A stretch of 64,000 nucleotides of DNA from Mycobacteriales bacterium. Its GTDB lineage: Bacteria > Actinomycetota > Actinomycetes > JAFAQI01. Position 1 is the stretch's first letter; every line of letters begins with the position of its first letter. The notes below the pieces were generated by a model. The model made no database searches. It had not been told where the DNA came from and was given only the letters and a program-made list of their open reading frames with translations. This document shows, piece by piece, positions 16,058 to 25,413 of the stretch. Both the position numbers and the translations under genes were made by a program. Location: NCBI GenBank assembly GCA_036267875.1, contig DATAVE010000117.1:25785-89784 (forward strand), read 5' to 3'.

Positions 16058-17155
16058 TTAGAGGTCGAGTAGGTCGCCGAGCACACGGCGGTGGTGCACC
16101 GGATCACCGAACATCAGCTGACTGGCTTTCGCTCGCTTGAAGAACAGGTGCGCGCAGTGCTCCCAGGTGAAGCCGATACCGCCGTGGAGCTGGATGGCCG
16201 CGCCTGCACAGGAGAGAAAGGCCTCGGAGCAGAACGCCTTCGCCATGGCGGCGTCCGCGGCGAGGTCCTCGCTGTCGGTTGCCACTGACCACAGAGCGTG
16301 CACCATGACCGATCGAGCGGACTCGACGTCGACGAGCATGTCCGCACACCGGTGTTTGACGGCCTGGAACGACCCGATCGCGCGCCCGAACTGCTTGCGT
16401 TCCTTGACGTAGTCGACCGTGAGCTCGAGCAGTCGCTGCGCCCCGCCGACCTGCTCGGCGGCCAGGCCGATGACGGCAACGGCGAGGACGCGCTCGAGAA
16501 CCTCGGCGCCGTTCCCGGGCACGCCTACCAAGCGTGCCGGCGTTGCCTCGAAGCGCAAAGCGGCGAGCTTGCGAGTCAGGTCCATGGTCGACAACGCGTC
16601 TCGCGTCAGGCCCGAGGAGTCGCTCCTGACGGCGAACAGCGACGGGCCCGCCTCGGTCCCGGCGAGGACCAGGATCAGCTCGGCGGTGTGCCCGTCGATG
16701 ACGTAGGACGCGGTGCCGGTGACCTGCCAGGTGTCGTTGTCCTGGGACGCAAGGAGCACCCCGGTCGTAGCGACGGTCGTGCGCAGCTCGCCTGACGCGA
16801 TCAGCGGCAGGTAGTCCGCGGCGGCCGTCGCGTCTGCTGAGGCAAGGATTGCCGTTGTCCCGAGGACCGTCGTGGCAAACAACGGTGACGGCCACAGCAC
16901 CCGACCTGACTCCTCGAGCACGACGCCGGCCTCGACGAACGAGAAGCCGCTGCCGCCGTATTCCTCAGGCACTGTCAACCCCGCGAGGCCGAGCTCGTCA
17001 CAGGCTCGCCGCCAGACGGCCGGGTCGTAACCGTCGGGAGTCTCCATGACCGCGCGCACCGCGGACTCGTCGCAGGTGTCGGCGAGAAACCGCCGCACGC
17101 TGGCACGCAGCTCGTCGTGTTCCGGGCGTAGCAGAACCGGCTGTGCGCCCGCCAT
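16058..17155 (-). CDS. Acyl-CoA dehydrogenase, beta-type C-terminus
   Basis: AAAGGGAG SD before ATG 17155 (longer ORF to 17239 lacks support); FGRAIGSFQAVKHRCADM, QLHGGIGFTWEHCAHLFFKRA..FGDP. Confidence 0.8.
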   Translation of the reverse strand: MAGAQPVLLRPEHDELRASVRRFLADTCDESAVRAVMETPDGYDPAVWRRACDELGLAGLTVPEEYGGSGFSFVEAGVVLEESGRVLWPSPLFATTVLGTTAILASADATAAADYLPLIASGELRTTVATTGVLLASQDNDTWQVTGTASYVIDGHTAELILVLAGTEAGPSLFAVRSDSSGLTRDALSTMDLTRKLAALRFEATPARLVGVPGNGAEVLERVLAVAVIGLAAEQVGGAQRLLELTVDYVKERKQFGRAIGSFQAVKHRCADMLVDVESARSVMVHALWSVATDSEDLAADAAMAKAFCSEAFLSCAGAAIQLHGGIGFTWEHCAHLFFKRAKASQLMFGDPVHHRRVLGDLLDL

Positions 17156-17170
17156 CGCCGCTCCCTTTCT

Positions 17171-17202
17171 GGTTAACCCGTGCAAAGATATAGCGATATC
17201 GC
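17171..17202. promoter_or_regulatory. Two perfect palindromes GGTTAACC (17171..17178) and GCGATATCGC (17193..17202) in 71-bp divergent ACAD/thiolase intergenic region
   Basis: Read directly from sequence. Confidence 0.4.
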
Positions 17203-17226
17203 CTCGGGCAACAAAGGAGGCCCGTC

Positions 17227-18453
17227 GTGGCCGACGCATGGATCGTTGACGGCGTCCGGACGCCGCGCGGCAAGGGCAAGTCGAGCGGCGCGCTTCACCA
17301 CCTCCATCCGCAGGAGCTGTTGGCGCAGACCCTCAACGCGCTGGTCGAACGTCACTCCGTCGATCCGCTGGATCTCGACGACGTCGTCATCGGAAACGCC
17401 GAGTTCGGTGGAGACCACGGCGCGTGCATCGGCCGCCTAGCGGTGCTCCATGCCGGATGGCCGGTCGAGACGCCTGGGATGACGTTGAACCGTTACTGCG
17501 GGTCTGCGCAACAGGCAGCGACCTTTGCCGCGATGGGAGTGATGGCGGGTCAGCAGGATGCCGTCGTCGCAGGCGGGGTCGAGTCGATGTCTCGCTGGAG
17601 TGGCGTTGGTGAGCCGACGATGATCGGCCAGAACCCGGCACTCGGGGCGCGTTATCCGATCGTGCCGCAGGGGATCAGCGCAGATGTCATAGCGACACTC
17701 GAGGGTTTCACCCGGGAGGATGTCGACCGCTTCGCCGTGACCAGCCAGGAGCGCGCAGCCAAGGCGCAGTCTGATGGCCGCTTCGACCGAAGCCTGATCG
17801 GCGTACTCAACGAGGACGGAACGGTCGCACTCGATCGCGACGAGTTCCCGCGGCCAGGCACGACGGCGCAGGCACTGGCGGAGTTGAAGCCGTCGTTCGC
17901 CGCGATGGGCAGTGCCGAGATCGAGGGCTTTCCCCGGACCTTCGATCAGATGTGCGTCGACTACTTCGACGGGCTCGACACCGTCGACCACATTCACCAC
18001 GGCGGCAACTCCTCCGGTGTCGTCGATGGCGCCGCTGCGATGCTCGTGGCGTCGGCGGAGTGGGCGCGCGCGCGTGGCCTTGCCGGCCGCGCGAGATTTT
18101 GTGCGACGGCGGTTGCCGGCGCCGACCCCGTGCTCATGCTGACCGCGCCGACACCAGCAGTCGAAAAAGTGCTCGCGAAGGCCGGCATGACGGTGGCCGA
18201 CGTCGACCTGTGGGAGATCAACGAGGCCTTCGCAGCGATCCCGCTGAAGGCGATCCGGGACCTGTCGATCGATCCCGACAAGGTGAACGTCAACGGCGGC
18301 GCGATCGCGCTCGGGCACCCGATCGGGGCGACCGGCGTGATGTTGCTCCAGACAGTGCTCGACGAGCTCGAACGTCGTGACCTGAACGTCGGCGTCGTCG
18401 TCATGTGCACCGGCGGGGGCATGGGTACGGCGACCGTCGTCGAGCGGCTCTGA
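17227..18453 (+). CDS. Acetyl-CoA C-acyltransferase (FadA-type degradative thiolase)
   Basis: AGGAGG upstream of GTG; IVDGVRTPRGKGK, LNRYCGSAQQA, NVNGGAIALGHPIGATG, VMCTGGGMG. Confidence 0.85.
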   Translation: MADAWIVDGVRTPRGKGKSSGALHHLHPQELLAQTLNALVERHSVDPLDLDDVVIGNAEFGGDHGACIGRLAVLHAGWPVETPGMTLNRYCGSAQQAATFAAMGVMAGQQDAVVAGGVESMSRWSGVGEPTMIGQNPALGARYPIVPQGISADVIATLEGFTREDVDRFAVTSQERAAKAQSDGRFDRSLIGVLNEDGTVALDRDEFPRPGTTAQALAELKPSFAAMGSAEIEGFPRTFDQMCVDYFDGLDTVDHIHHGGNSSGVVDGAAAMLVASAEWARARGLAGRARFCATAVAGADPVLMLTAPTPAVEKVLAKAGMTVADVDLWEINEAFAAIPLKAIRDLSIDPDKVNVNGGAIALGHPIGATGVMLLQTVLDELERRDLNVGVVVMCTGGGMGTATVVERL

Positions 18454-18484
18454 ACCGCACCTCTCTCTATATCTAAGGAGTCCC

Positions 18485-19279
18485 ATGACGTACGGGTTTG
18501 ACGGCATCCTGAAGGTCGAATCAGACGGCCCGGTGCGGATCATCACGCTCAACGACCCGGACATGCTCAACGCGATGACAGATCCGTTGCACGAGGCGCT
18601 GATCAACGTGTGGATGCACGTCATGCGCGATGAGGAGGCGCGGGCGGTGGTGATCACCGGCGCGGGACGCGCGTTCTCCGCTGGTGGGGACGTCCCAGGC
18701 TTCCTGCAGAACGTCGCCGAGCCGGAGCACCGTCATGTCAGCATTCGCAGCGCGAAGATGCTCATCGACCAGATGCTGTCGTGCCATGTGCCGATCATCG
18801 CGGCGATCAACGGGCCGGCTGTCGGGTTGGGATGCAGCATCGCTGTGACGTCGGACATCGTGCTGGCCTCCGACAAGTCCTACTTCGCGGACACCCACGT
18901 CAATGTCGGTCTCGTCGCGGGAGACGGCGGCGTGGTCACGTGGCCGTTCATGATGAGCATTCTCAAGGCCAAGGAGTATCTGTTCACCGGCGACCGGATC
19001 CCGCCCGAGACGGCAGTCGAGCTCGGTCTTGCCAACCGGGTCGTCCCGCACGACTCGCTGATGGACGAGGCATTGGCGCTAGCCCACAAGCTCGCGAAGC
19101 AGCCGCCGCAGGCACTTCAGGACACGAAGCGCGCGATCAACCTGCACCTCCAGCGGGCTGCACTCAACGTCTTGCCGTTCGCGCTCGCCGCCGAGTCCGA
19201 GTCGTTCACGCTGCCGGAGGTGGCGGCCAACGCGAAGGCGTTCGCCGAGAAGTCGAAGAAGAAGTCTGCCGGCAGCTAG
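18485..19279 (+). CDS. Enoyl-CoA hydratase/isomerase (crotonase) family protein
   Basis: AAGGAG upstream; ITLNDPDMLNA, VITGAGRAFSAGGD, AAINGPAVGLGCS. Confidence 0.85.
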   Translation: MTYGFDGILKVESDGPVRIITLNDPDMLNAMTDPLHEALINVWMHVMRDEEARAVVITGAGRAFSAGGDVPGFLQNVAEPEHRHVSIRSAKMLIDQMLSCHVPIIAAINGPAVGLGCSIAVTSDIVLASDKSYFADTHVNVGLVAGDGGVVTWPFMMSILKAKEYLFTGDRIPPETAVELGLANRVVPHDSLMDEALALAHKLAKQPPQALQDTKRAINLHLQRAALNVLPFALAAESESFTLPEVAANAKAFAEKSKKKSAGS

Positions 19280-19282
19280 GAA

Positions 19283-20503
19283 CTACAGAACGACGGAGGC
19301 CACCTTCAGGTCGACGACGGTGTCCCAGTCGAACCCGAGCTCGGCAAGGATCTCGTCCGTGTGCTGACCGTGGTCGGGAGCGCGGACCAGGTCGGGCGGC
19401 GTCTCGTCGAACTGCACGGGGTTGGCGACCAACGAGTACTCACTCGCGCCGTCGAGCGTCTTGACCGGTCGAACGTAGCCGTTCGCGACCACCTGAGGGT
19501 CTGTGAGAACTTCCCCCGGCGTCTGCACTACAGACCACACGCCTTCCAGGCCCTTCATTCGCTTGCGCCACTCGGCCAGCGGCCGTTTGGCGAATGCGGT
19601 ACGCAGCTCGTCGACACACTCGACGCGGTTGTCGAAGCGGGCCGCAGCCGTGGCGAACCGCGGATCTTCGATGAAGTCGGGCCGCTCGATCAGCTCGCAG
19701 ACCTCGGGCCAGAACCGGTCGGCCTGGAGCATTACGAGCGCCACGAACCTGCCGTCGCTCGTCGGGTAGGTGTTGACGATCGGGTTTGGCATGTCGTCGT
19801 TGGAGAAGCGCGGCAGGTTGTCCTCACCCAGCAGGCCGGCCGCGACGATATCCGGGGATAGCTGCCATGCCGCGAGCCCGAGCAGGGATACGTCGACCAC
19901 GGATGTCTCGCCGGTCGTTGCGCGTTTGAACAACGCGGCTGCGATCCCTGCTGCGATGGCGAATCCGCCGACGATGTCGCCGAACGCCGGTCGCTGGAGC
20001 GGCGGCCACGCCTGGCCCGGGTCTTTGAGCATGTGGGCGATGCCGCCACGGGTCCAGTACGACGCGAGGTCGTAGCCGCCTCGGGTAGCCTCCTCGCCGC
20101 GCACGCCCTGGCCGGTGCCGCGCGCATAGACGATCGCCGGGTTGATCTTGCGGACGTCATCGAGTCCGAGCCCGAGTCGCTCGAGGGAGTCGGCGAGCAG
20201 ACTGGTCACAAAGACATCGCTCTGCTTGATCAGCTTGTGCAGGATCTCCTTGCCCTGCTCGCTGGCGATGTCCAGGCCGAGGCTGCGCTTGCCGCGGTTG
20301 GGCTGCTCCATGATGAAGCTGACGCCACCGATGCCTTTCGCCCCGACCGCCCCGACCGAGAGGCCGCGCTGCGGGTCGCCGGTCTCGGGGTGCTCGATCT
20401 TGATGACGTCGGCACCCCAGTCGGCAAGGACGGCTCCCGCGGCCGGTACGAAGGTCCAGCCGGCCACCTCCAGGACCTTCACACCCTGCATGACACCGGC
20501 CAC
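19283..20503 (-). CDS. Family III (CaiB/BaiF-type) CoA-transferase
   Basis: GAGAGGGAG SD before GTG 20503 (ATG 20491 alternative); VKVLEVAGWTFVPAAGAVLADWGADVIKIEHP. Confidence 0.8.
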   Translation of the reverse strand: MAGVMQGVKVLEVAGWTFVPAAGAVLADWGADVIKIEHPETGDPQRGLSVGAVGAKGIGGVSFIMEQPNRGKRSLGLDIASEQGKEILHKLIKQSDVFVTSLLADSLERLGLGLDDVRKINPAIVYARGTGQGVRGEEATRGGYDLASYWTRGGIAHMLKDPGQAWPPLQRPAFGDIVGGFAIAAGIAAALFKRATTGETSVVDVSLLGLAAWQLSPDIVAAGLLGEDNLPRFSNDDMPNPIVNTYPTSDGRFVALVMLQADRFWPEVCELIERPDFIEDPRFATAAARFDNRVECVDELRTAFAKRPLAEWRKRMKGLEGVWSVVQTPGEVLTDPQVVANGYVRPVKTLDGASEYSLVANPVQFDETPPDLVRAPDHGQHTDEILAELGFDWDTVVDLKVASVVL

Positions 20504-20591
20504 TTTCGTCTCCCTCTCGAGGCTTCTGGCGGAAGAATAGGTTAACAAGTCAAACTAATGGGCTTTTTCGAGAGGATGGGAGCATCGAAAG

Positions 20592-21758
20592 ATGGAAGGC
20601 GGGGCGACGGCCATCGACGTGTCGACACTCTCCGATCTCGTGCCGCCCGGTGGCCGCGTCGGCATCGGCGACGGTGCAGGCTGGCCGGCGGAGCTGTGGC
20701 CAAGCGTGCTCGACCTGGCGCGGGCGCGGCCCGATGTCTCGTTGCTGCTCGGCTGGTTCCTCAATCCGCCGCCCGCGCTCCCTGGCGGCACGAGCGCGCA
20801 GACGGTGATCAGTGGCTTCGGCCTGCGCAAGCCGATCGATGCGGGCGAGGTGGAGTTCATACCGATCCGACTCGGGACGATGCCCGCTCAGCTTCGCGGC
20901 CCGCTGCGGGTCGATCTGCTGCTTGCCACGCTGGCACCTGTCTCGGATGGGCTGGCATTCACCACCGAGGTCTCGTGGCAGCGCGCCGCTCTCGCTGCAG
21001 GAGCGAAGGTCGCAGCGGTGGTTCGGCCCGACGCACCGTGCTGCGATGTCGGGCCGCCGCTGCAGAGCAGCGACGTTGTCGTGCTCGGTGAGGGCACCGC
21101 GCTCCCGGCGCGGCTCGCCGCGGTCGAGCCCACCGACGAGCAGTGCGCGGCAGCCGAACGTGTTGTTGCCTTGATCCCCGAGGGTGCGCGACTTCAGGTA
21201 GGGCCCGGGGGGCTCGGCGCCGCGATCTACGCCGCGATCGTCCGGCCGGTGGCCGTCGACACCGGCTTGATCACCGATCCGGTGGTCGAGCTCGATCGTC
21301 GTGGGCTTCTCGATGGCCCGGCGTACGCGCCGTACCTCACCGGTACCGAGGTTCTCTACGACTGGGCCCCCGGGCGGGCGCAAGTGGATGGTGTCGAGCA
21401 CACCCACCACCCCGCGCGGCTCTCCGACGGACGCCCGCTCGTCGCGGTCAACACAGCGCTCGAGATGGATTACGACGGTCAGGTGAACGCCGAGCGTGGG
21501 GGCGGTTCGGCGATCGGAGGCATCGGCGGCCAGCCCGACTACGCCGCCGCGGCGGCGATCAGCCCGGAAGGCCTCAGCGTGATGGTGATGACGACCCGTC
21601 GCGGCGACGAGCCGACGCTGGTCGAGCGGCTCGAGGCACCGGTGACAACGCCGTCGCACGACATCGATGTCGTCGTCACCGAGCGCGGGACCGCTGATCT
21701 TCGCGGCCGAACCCGCGCTGAGCGACGCCGGATGCTGCAGGCCCTCTGGGGTCTTTGA
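20592..21758 (+). CDS. Acetyl-CoA hydrolase/transferase (4-hydroxybutyrate CoA-transferase-like) family protein
   Basis: VAVNTALEMDYDGQVNAE and IGGIGGQPDYAAAA motifs typical of the family. Confidence 0.7.
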   Translation: MEGGATAIDVSTLSDLVPPGGRVGIGDGAGWPAELWPSVLDLARARPDVSLLLGWFLNPPPALPGGTSAQTVISGFGLRKPIDAGEVEFIPIRLGTMPAQLRGPLRVDLLLATLAPVSDGLAFTTEVSWQRAALAAGAKVAAVVRPDAPCCDVGPPLQSSDVVVLGEGTALPARLAAVEPTDEQCAAAERVVALIPEGARLQVGPGGLGAAIYAAIVRPVAVDTGLITDPVVELDRRGLLDGPAYAPYLTGTEVLYDWAPGRAQVDGVEHTHHPARLSDGRPLVAVNTALEMDYDGQVNAERGGGSAIGGIGGQPDYAAAAAISPEGLSVMVMTTRRGDEPTLVERLEAPVTTPSHDIDVVVTERGTADLRGRTRAERRRMLQALWGL

Positions 21759-21759
21759 C

Positions 21760-22251
21760 CTACTGCGAGCCTCTGATCATCCGGACCGGGTTGTAGGTCA
21801 TCACGACCGTCCCGTCCCGCTTGACCACGGTGTTCTGGGTCGTGACGATGCCACGACCGCCGGCCTTCGTGGGTCGTGCCTCGATGACCTCGACCACCAC
21901 GGTCAGGGTGTCCCCGACGAACACCGGGCCCTTGACCTCGACGTTCGCGCTCAGGAAGGCGATGCCGGTGTTGTGGATGACGCCGGTCTGCATCAACAGG
22001 CCTTCGGCGTAGGCGAAGGTCAACGTGCCGGGGACGAGCCGACCGGGGTAGCCGGCGCCGAGCGAACCCTGCTCGTCGAGAAACAGTGGTTCGGTAAGAC
22101 CCGCGAGCGTCACGAAGGCGATCAGGTCCGCCTCGGTGACAGTGCGGCTCGCTGTGCGAAACCGCGCTCCGACGACCACCTCGTCGAAGGTCTGACCCGA
22201 GACGTACGGAGCTACCGAATCGAGGTCGATGGGCGACGGGTGCTCGGCCAT
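21760..22251 (-). CDS. MaoC-like (R)-specific enoyl-CoA hydratase, single hot-dog
   Basis: ATG 22251 shares one nt with stop of upstream SDR; FRTASRTVTEADLIAFVTLAGLTEPLFLDE..GYPGRLVPG; longer ORF to 22917 is overlap artefact. Confidence 0.8.
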   Translation of the reverse strand: MAEHPSPIDLDSVAPYVSGQTFDEVVVGARFRTASRTVTEADLIAFVTLAGLTEPLFLDEQGSLGAGYPGRLVPGTLTFAYAEGLLMQTGVIHNTGIAFLSANVEVKGPVFVGDTLTVVVEVIEARPTKAGGRGIVTTQNTVVKRDGTVVMTYNPVRMIRGSQ

Positions 22252-23150
22252 CAGCGGTTCACCGTCGTTACGCCCCGCGGCGCCACGCCATACAGGTGGG
22301 CCATGCCCGACACGAGCTCGTCGGCGGTCACCGCCCCACCGCTGCGCGAGGCGTAGTCGGCGATCGGGCTCCACTCGCGCATCCGCACGATCCGGCTGCC
22401 TTCGATGCGGAAGACCTGGCCGGTCAGCCATCCCGACTCGGCCGAGGCGAGGTAGGCCACGAGGCCGGAGGCGTTCACCGGGTCGAGTGGGTCGAAGCCG
22501 CCGTCGGCTGCACTGGTCATGAGGTCCTTCGTCATTCGCGTCAGCGCGACCGGCGAGATCGCATTGACGGTGACCGCGTATCGCTGCATCTCCATCGCAA
22601 GTGTCTGGGTCAGCGCAATGATGCCTGCCTTGGCCGAGGCATAGGCGGTCTGACCTACGTTGCCGAACATCGCAGCGCCCGAGGTGGTGTTGACGAGTCG
22701 GCCACTGACTGCCTCGCCGTTCTTTGCCTGGTCGCGCCAGTAGCGGCTTGCGTGGTGGCACATCGCGTAGGTGCCCTTGAGATGCACCGCGATGGTGTCG
22801 TCGAAGTCTTGCTCGGTGGAGGAGGTCAGCATGTGGTCGCGCGCGATGCCTGCGTTGTTGACGACGGCGTCGAGGCGACCGAACTTGTCGACGGCGAGCT
22901 CGACGAGCCGCCCGCATGCGGCCCAGTCCGCGACCGAGCTCGAGTCGGCTACTGCCATCCCTCCTGCGGCAGATATCTCCTCGACCACACCGGCCGCGGG
23001 GGACTCGCCGTCTCGCTCTCCGCCCATGCCCGCGCCGTAGTCATTGACGACGACCGCGGCCCCCGTGCTGGCGAGTGTCAGCGCGTGCGCCCTGCCCAGC
23101 CCGCGGCCCGCCCCGGTCACGATCGCCACGCGCCCGTCGAGCAAGCCCAT
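22251..23150 (-). CDS. SDR-family oxidoreductase (MFE-2/Hsd4A-N-like)
   Basis: GGGAGG 7 nt upstream of ATG 23150; VAIVTGAGRGLGRA, NNAGI, AYASAKAG. Confidence 0.85.
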   Translation of the reverse strand: MGLLDGRVAIVTGAGRGLGRAHALTLASTGAAVVVNDYGAGMGGERDGESPAAGVVEEISAAGGMAVADSSSVADWAACGRLVELAVDKFGRLDAVVNNAGIARDHMLTSSTEQDFDDTIAVHLKGTYAMCHHASRYWRDQAKNGEAVSGRLVNTTSGAAMFGNVGQTAYASAKAGIIALTQTLAMEMQRYAVTVNAISPVALTRMTKDLMTSAADGGFDPLDPVNASGLVAYLASAESGWLTGQVFRIEGSRIVRMREWSPIADYASRSGGAVTADELVSGMAHLYGVAPRGVTTVNR

Positions 23151-23187
23151 GGTCGCCCTCCCGGGGTCCGACGCCATCCGGCTGATC

Positions 23188-23200
23188 ATCTCAATGAGAT
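23188..23200. promoter_or_regulatory. Palindrome ATCTCA-A-TGAGAT containing TATCTCAT box (minus strand) between divergent SDR and ACAD genes
   Basis: 6-bp perfect arms; minus strand reads AAGGTATCTCATTGAGAT. Confidence 0.4.
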
Positions 23201-23206
23201 ACCTTA

Positions 23207-24370
23207 ATGGCCGTGGTCCACAATAGGGGGATCTTGCGATTCGCCGCCACCGAGCTGACCACCTCGGAGCTCGCTCTGCAGGCCGAGGTGCGCGAGTTCC
23301 TCGACCACGAGCTTCCCGGAGGATCTCGTCGCCCGGGGCTTGGCTTCAATGCGCCGGCGGACAGGGAGTTCTCCCGCAAGCTCGGTGCCCGAGGCTGGCT
23401 CGGCATGGCGCTGCCGAAGCGGTACGGCGGAGGTGAGCGCACCGCAGTCGAGCGGTTTGTGGTCACCGAGGAGCTGCTCAGTCGCGGTGCCCCAGTGGGT
23501 CATCACTGGGTGGCGGACCGTCAGAGCGGCGCGGTGATCGCCCGGTTCGGCACCGAGGAGCAGAAGACGACATTCCTGCCCGGCGTCTGCTCGGGCGAGC
23601 TCGGCTTCTCGATCGGGATGAGCGAGCCGGATGCCGGCAGCGACTTGGCGGCAGTGCGAACCCGGGCGACCCGAGTGGATGGTGGATGGACCGTCAACGG
23701 CACCAAGGTCTGGACGACCGGAGCTCACCGCAATGACTTCATGGTCACGCTGTGCCGGACCGATGACAGCGAGGACCGACACGCCGGACTGACTCAGCTC
23801 ATCATCGACCTGCGCGCGGATGGCGTGACAGTCAACCCGATCCCGTTCATCGACGGCACGCACGACTTCAACGAGGTCGTACTCGACGACGTCTTCATTG
23901 CCGACTCGCGTGTCCTCGGCGACGTCGGACAGGGCTGGTCGCAGAACACCGCAGAGCTCGCGTTCGAACGCGGTGGTCCTGATCGCTACCTGTCGACCTA
24001 CCCCGTCATCGAGCAGTTTCTCAGAGAAGCGGCACCAGGGTCTTTGGGCGCCGAGAGCGCTCGGTTCCTAGGGCACGCGACGGCCACGTGGTGGGTGTTG
24101 CGCAATCTGTCGTTGTCGATCGCCCGAGCTATCGACGCCGGGGGCTCGCCGGTGCAAGAGGCGGCCCTGGTGAAAGAGATCGGAACCAGGTTCGAGCAAG
24201 ACCTGCTGCTCGGCGTCCAATCGCTCCTCGACATCGAGCCCTCGCCAGAGTCACAGTCGTTGTTCGAGCAGCTGTTGTGTGAGGCGATCCTCACCGCGCC
24301 CTCGAACACCATCCGCGGCGGTACCACGGAGATTCTGCTGTCGGTCGCGGCGAAGGGGCTCGCGCGATGA
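23207..24370 (+). CDS. Acyl-CoA dehydrogenase, alpha-type
   Basis: MSEPDAGSDLAAV, TVNGTKVWTT, C-terminal IRGGTTEILLSVAAKGL; start uncertain (ATG 23207 or TTG 23234 preceded by AGGGGG). Confidence 0.8.
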   Translation: MAVVHNRGILRFAATELTTSELALQAEVREFLDHELPGGSRRPGLGFNAPADREFSRKLGARGWLGMALPKRYGGGERTAVERFVVTEELLSRGAPVGHHWVADRQSGAVIARFGTEEQKTTFLPGVCSGELGFSIGMSEPDAGSDLAAVRTRATRVDGGWTVNGTKVWTTGAHRNDFMVTLCRTDDSEDRHAGLTQLIIDLRADGVTVNPIPFIDGTHDFNEVVLDDVFIADSRVLGDVGQGWSQNTAELAFERGGPDRYLSTYPVIEQFLREAAPGSLGAESARFLGHATATWWVLRNLSLSIARAIDAGGSPVQEAALVKEIGTRFEQDLLLGVQSLLDIEPSPESQSLFEQLLCEAILTAPSNTIRGGTTEILLSVAAKGLAR

Positions 24371-25413
24371 ACAACGGAGCGCTCCTCGACCAGGCAGTGG
24401 GCGAGCTCTTCTCTCGGGAGATCACGCCTGGTGTGCTCGCCGACGCCGAACGCGACGGCTGGTCGCAGCCACTGTGGTCGGCCATCAGTGAGATGGGGCT
24501 GCCAGGAGTCGGGCTGCCTGAGGAGCATGGTGGTCAGGGTGGCTCGGTCGCGGACTCGCTCGCGGTCCTGCGGATCGCCGGCTGGCACGCCTTGCCTCTC
24601 CCACTCGCCGAGACGGGCTTGCTCGGCGGCTGGCTGCTGTCGAGCTCGGGGCTACCGATTCCGGCGACGCCGCTGACGACCGTCGCGCAGCGTGACGGAG
24701 ACGACCTGTCATGGGACGGCGCGACGGTTACCGGCGTACTCCGGGGTGTTCCGTGGGCACGGCATTGCTCTCATGTCGTCGCCCTTGTCGACGGTGCGGT
24801 CGTGCAGCTCTCGCGCGATGAGCTCACGGTGACCGCCGCGACCAACCTCGCCGGCGAGCCGAGGGACACGATCGTGTGCGACCACGTCACGCCGGTGGCG
24901 TGGGCGGCTGCGGGAGTCGGTGTCGACCTCGAGTCGCTTCGGCTCCGCGGTGCGTTGACGAGGGTGTGTCTCATGGCGGGTGCGATCGAGCGCGTCTTGG
25001 ACGTCACGGTCCGCCACACCGATGAGCGGCGGCAGTTCGGGAAGCCGATCGCACGCTTCCAGGCGGTGCAGGCGCACTTGGTACACATCGCGCAGCAGGC
25101 CGCGATCGCCTCGATGGCTGCCGACGTTGCGGCGCGTGAGTACGCGCGCGGTCATGCGGCGTTCGAGGTATGGGCCGCAAAGACGATGTGCGGCGAGGCG
25201 GCGCGGATTGCAACCCGTGCGGCGCATCAGGCGCACGGTGCCATGGGGATGACGCAGGAGTACGTCCTTCACCACCTGACCCGCAGGCTGTGGTCCTGGA
25301 CCCGGGAGTATGAAGACATCGGATGGGCGCGTCGCATCGGCGACGTCGTCATCGAGCGGGGAGCCGACGGGCTGTACCCCTTGATCACCGCAGGCTCAGG
25401 GCCTCGGCTCTGA
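24367..25413 (+). CDS. Acyl-CoA dehydrogenase-fold protein, beta-type
   Basis: ATGA overlap with upstream ACAD; FGKPIARFQAVQAHLVHI, QAHGAMGMTQEYVLHHLTRRL. Confidence 0.75.
   Translation: MNNGALLDQAVGELFSREITPGVLADAERDGWSQPLWSAISEMGLPGVGLPEEHGGQGGSVADSLAVLRIAGWHALPLPLAETGLLGGWLLSSSGLPIPATPLTTVAQRDGDDLSWDGATVTGVLRGVPWARHCSHVVALVDGAVVQLSRDELTVTAATNLAGEPRDTIVCDHVTPVAWAAAGVGVDLESLRLRGALTRVCLMAGAIERVLDVTVRHTDERRQFGKPIARFQAVQAHLVHIAQQAAIASMAADVAAREYARGHAAFEVWAAKTMCGEAARIATRAAHQAHGAMGMTQEYVLHHLTRRLWSWTREYEDIGWARRIGDVVIERGADGLYPLITAGSGPRL

Noticed and set aside
25385-25413. Two convergent gene pairs overlapping by exactly 29 nt (25385..25413 and 58523..58551)
   Set aside because: The overlapping sequences are unrelated. 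The equal length appears coincidental and has no obvious structural element.
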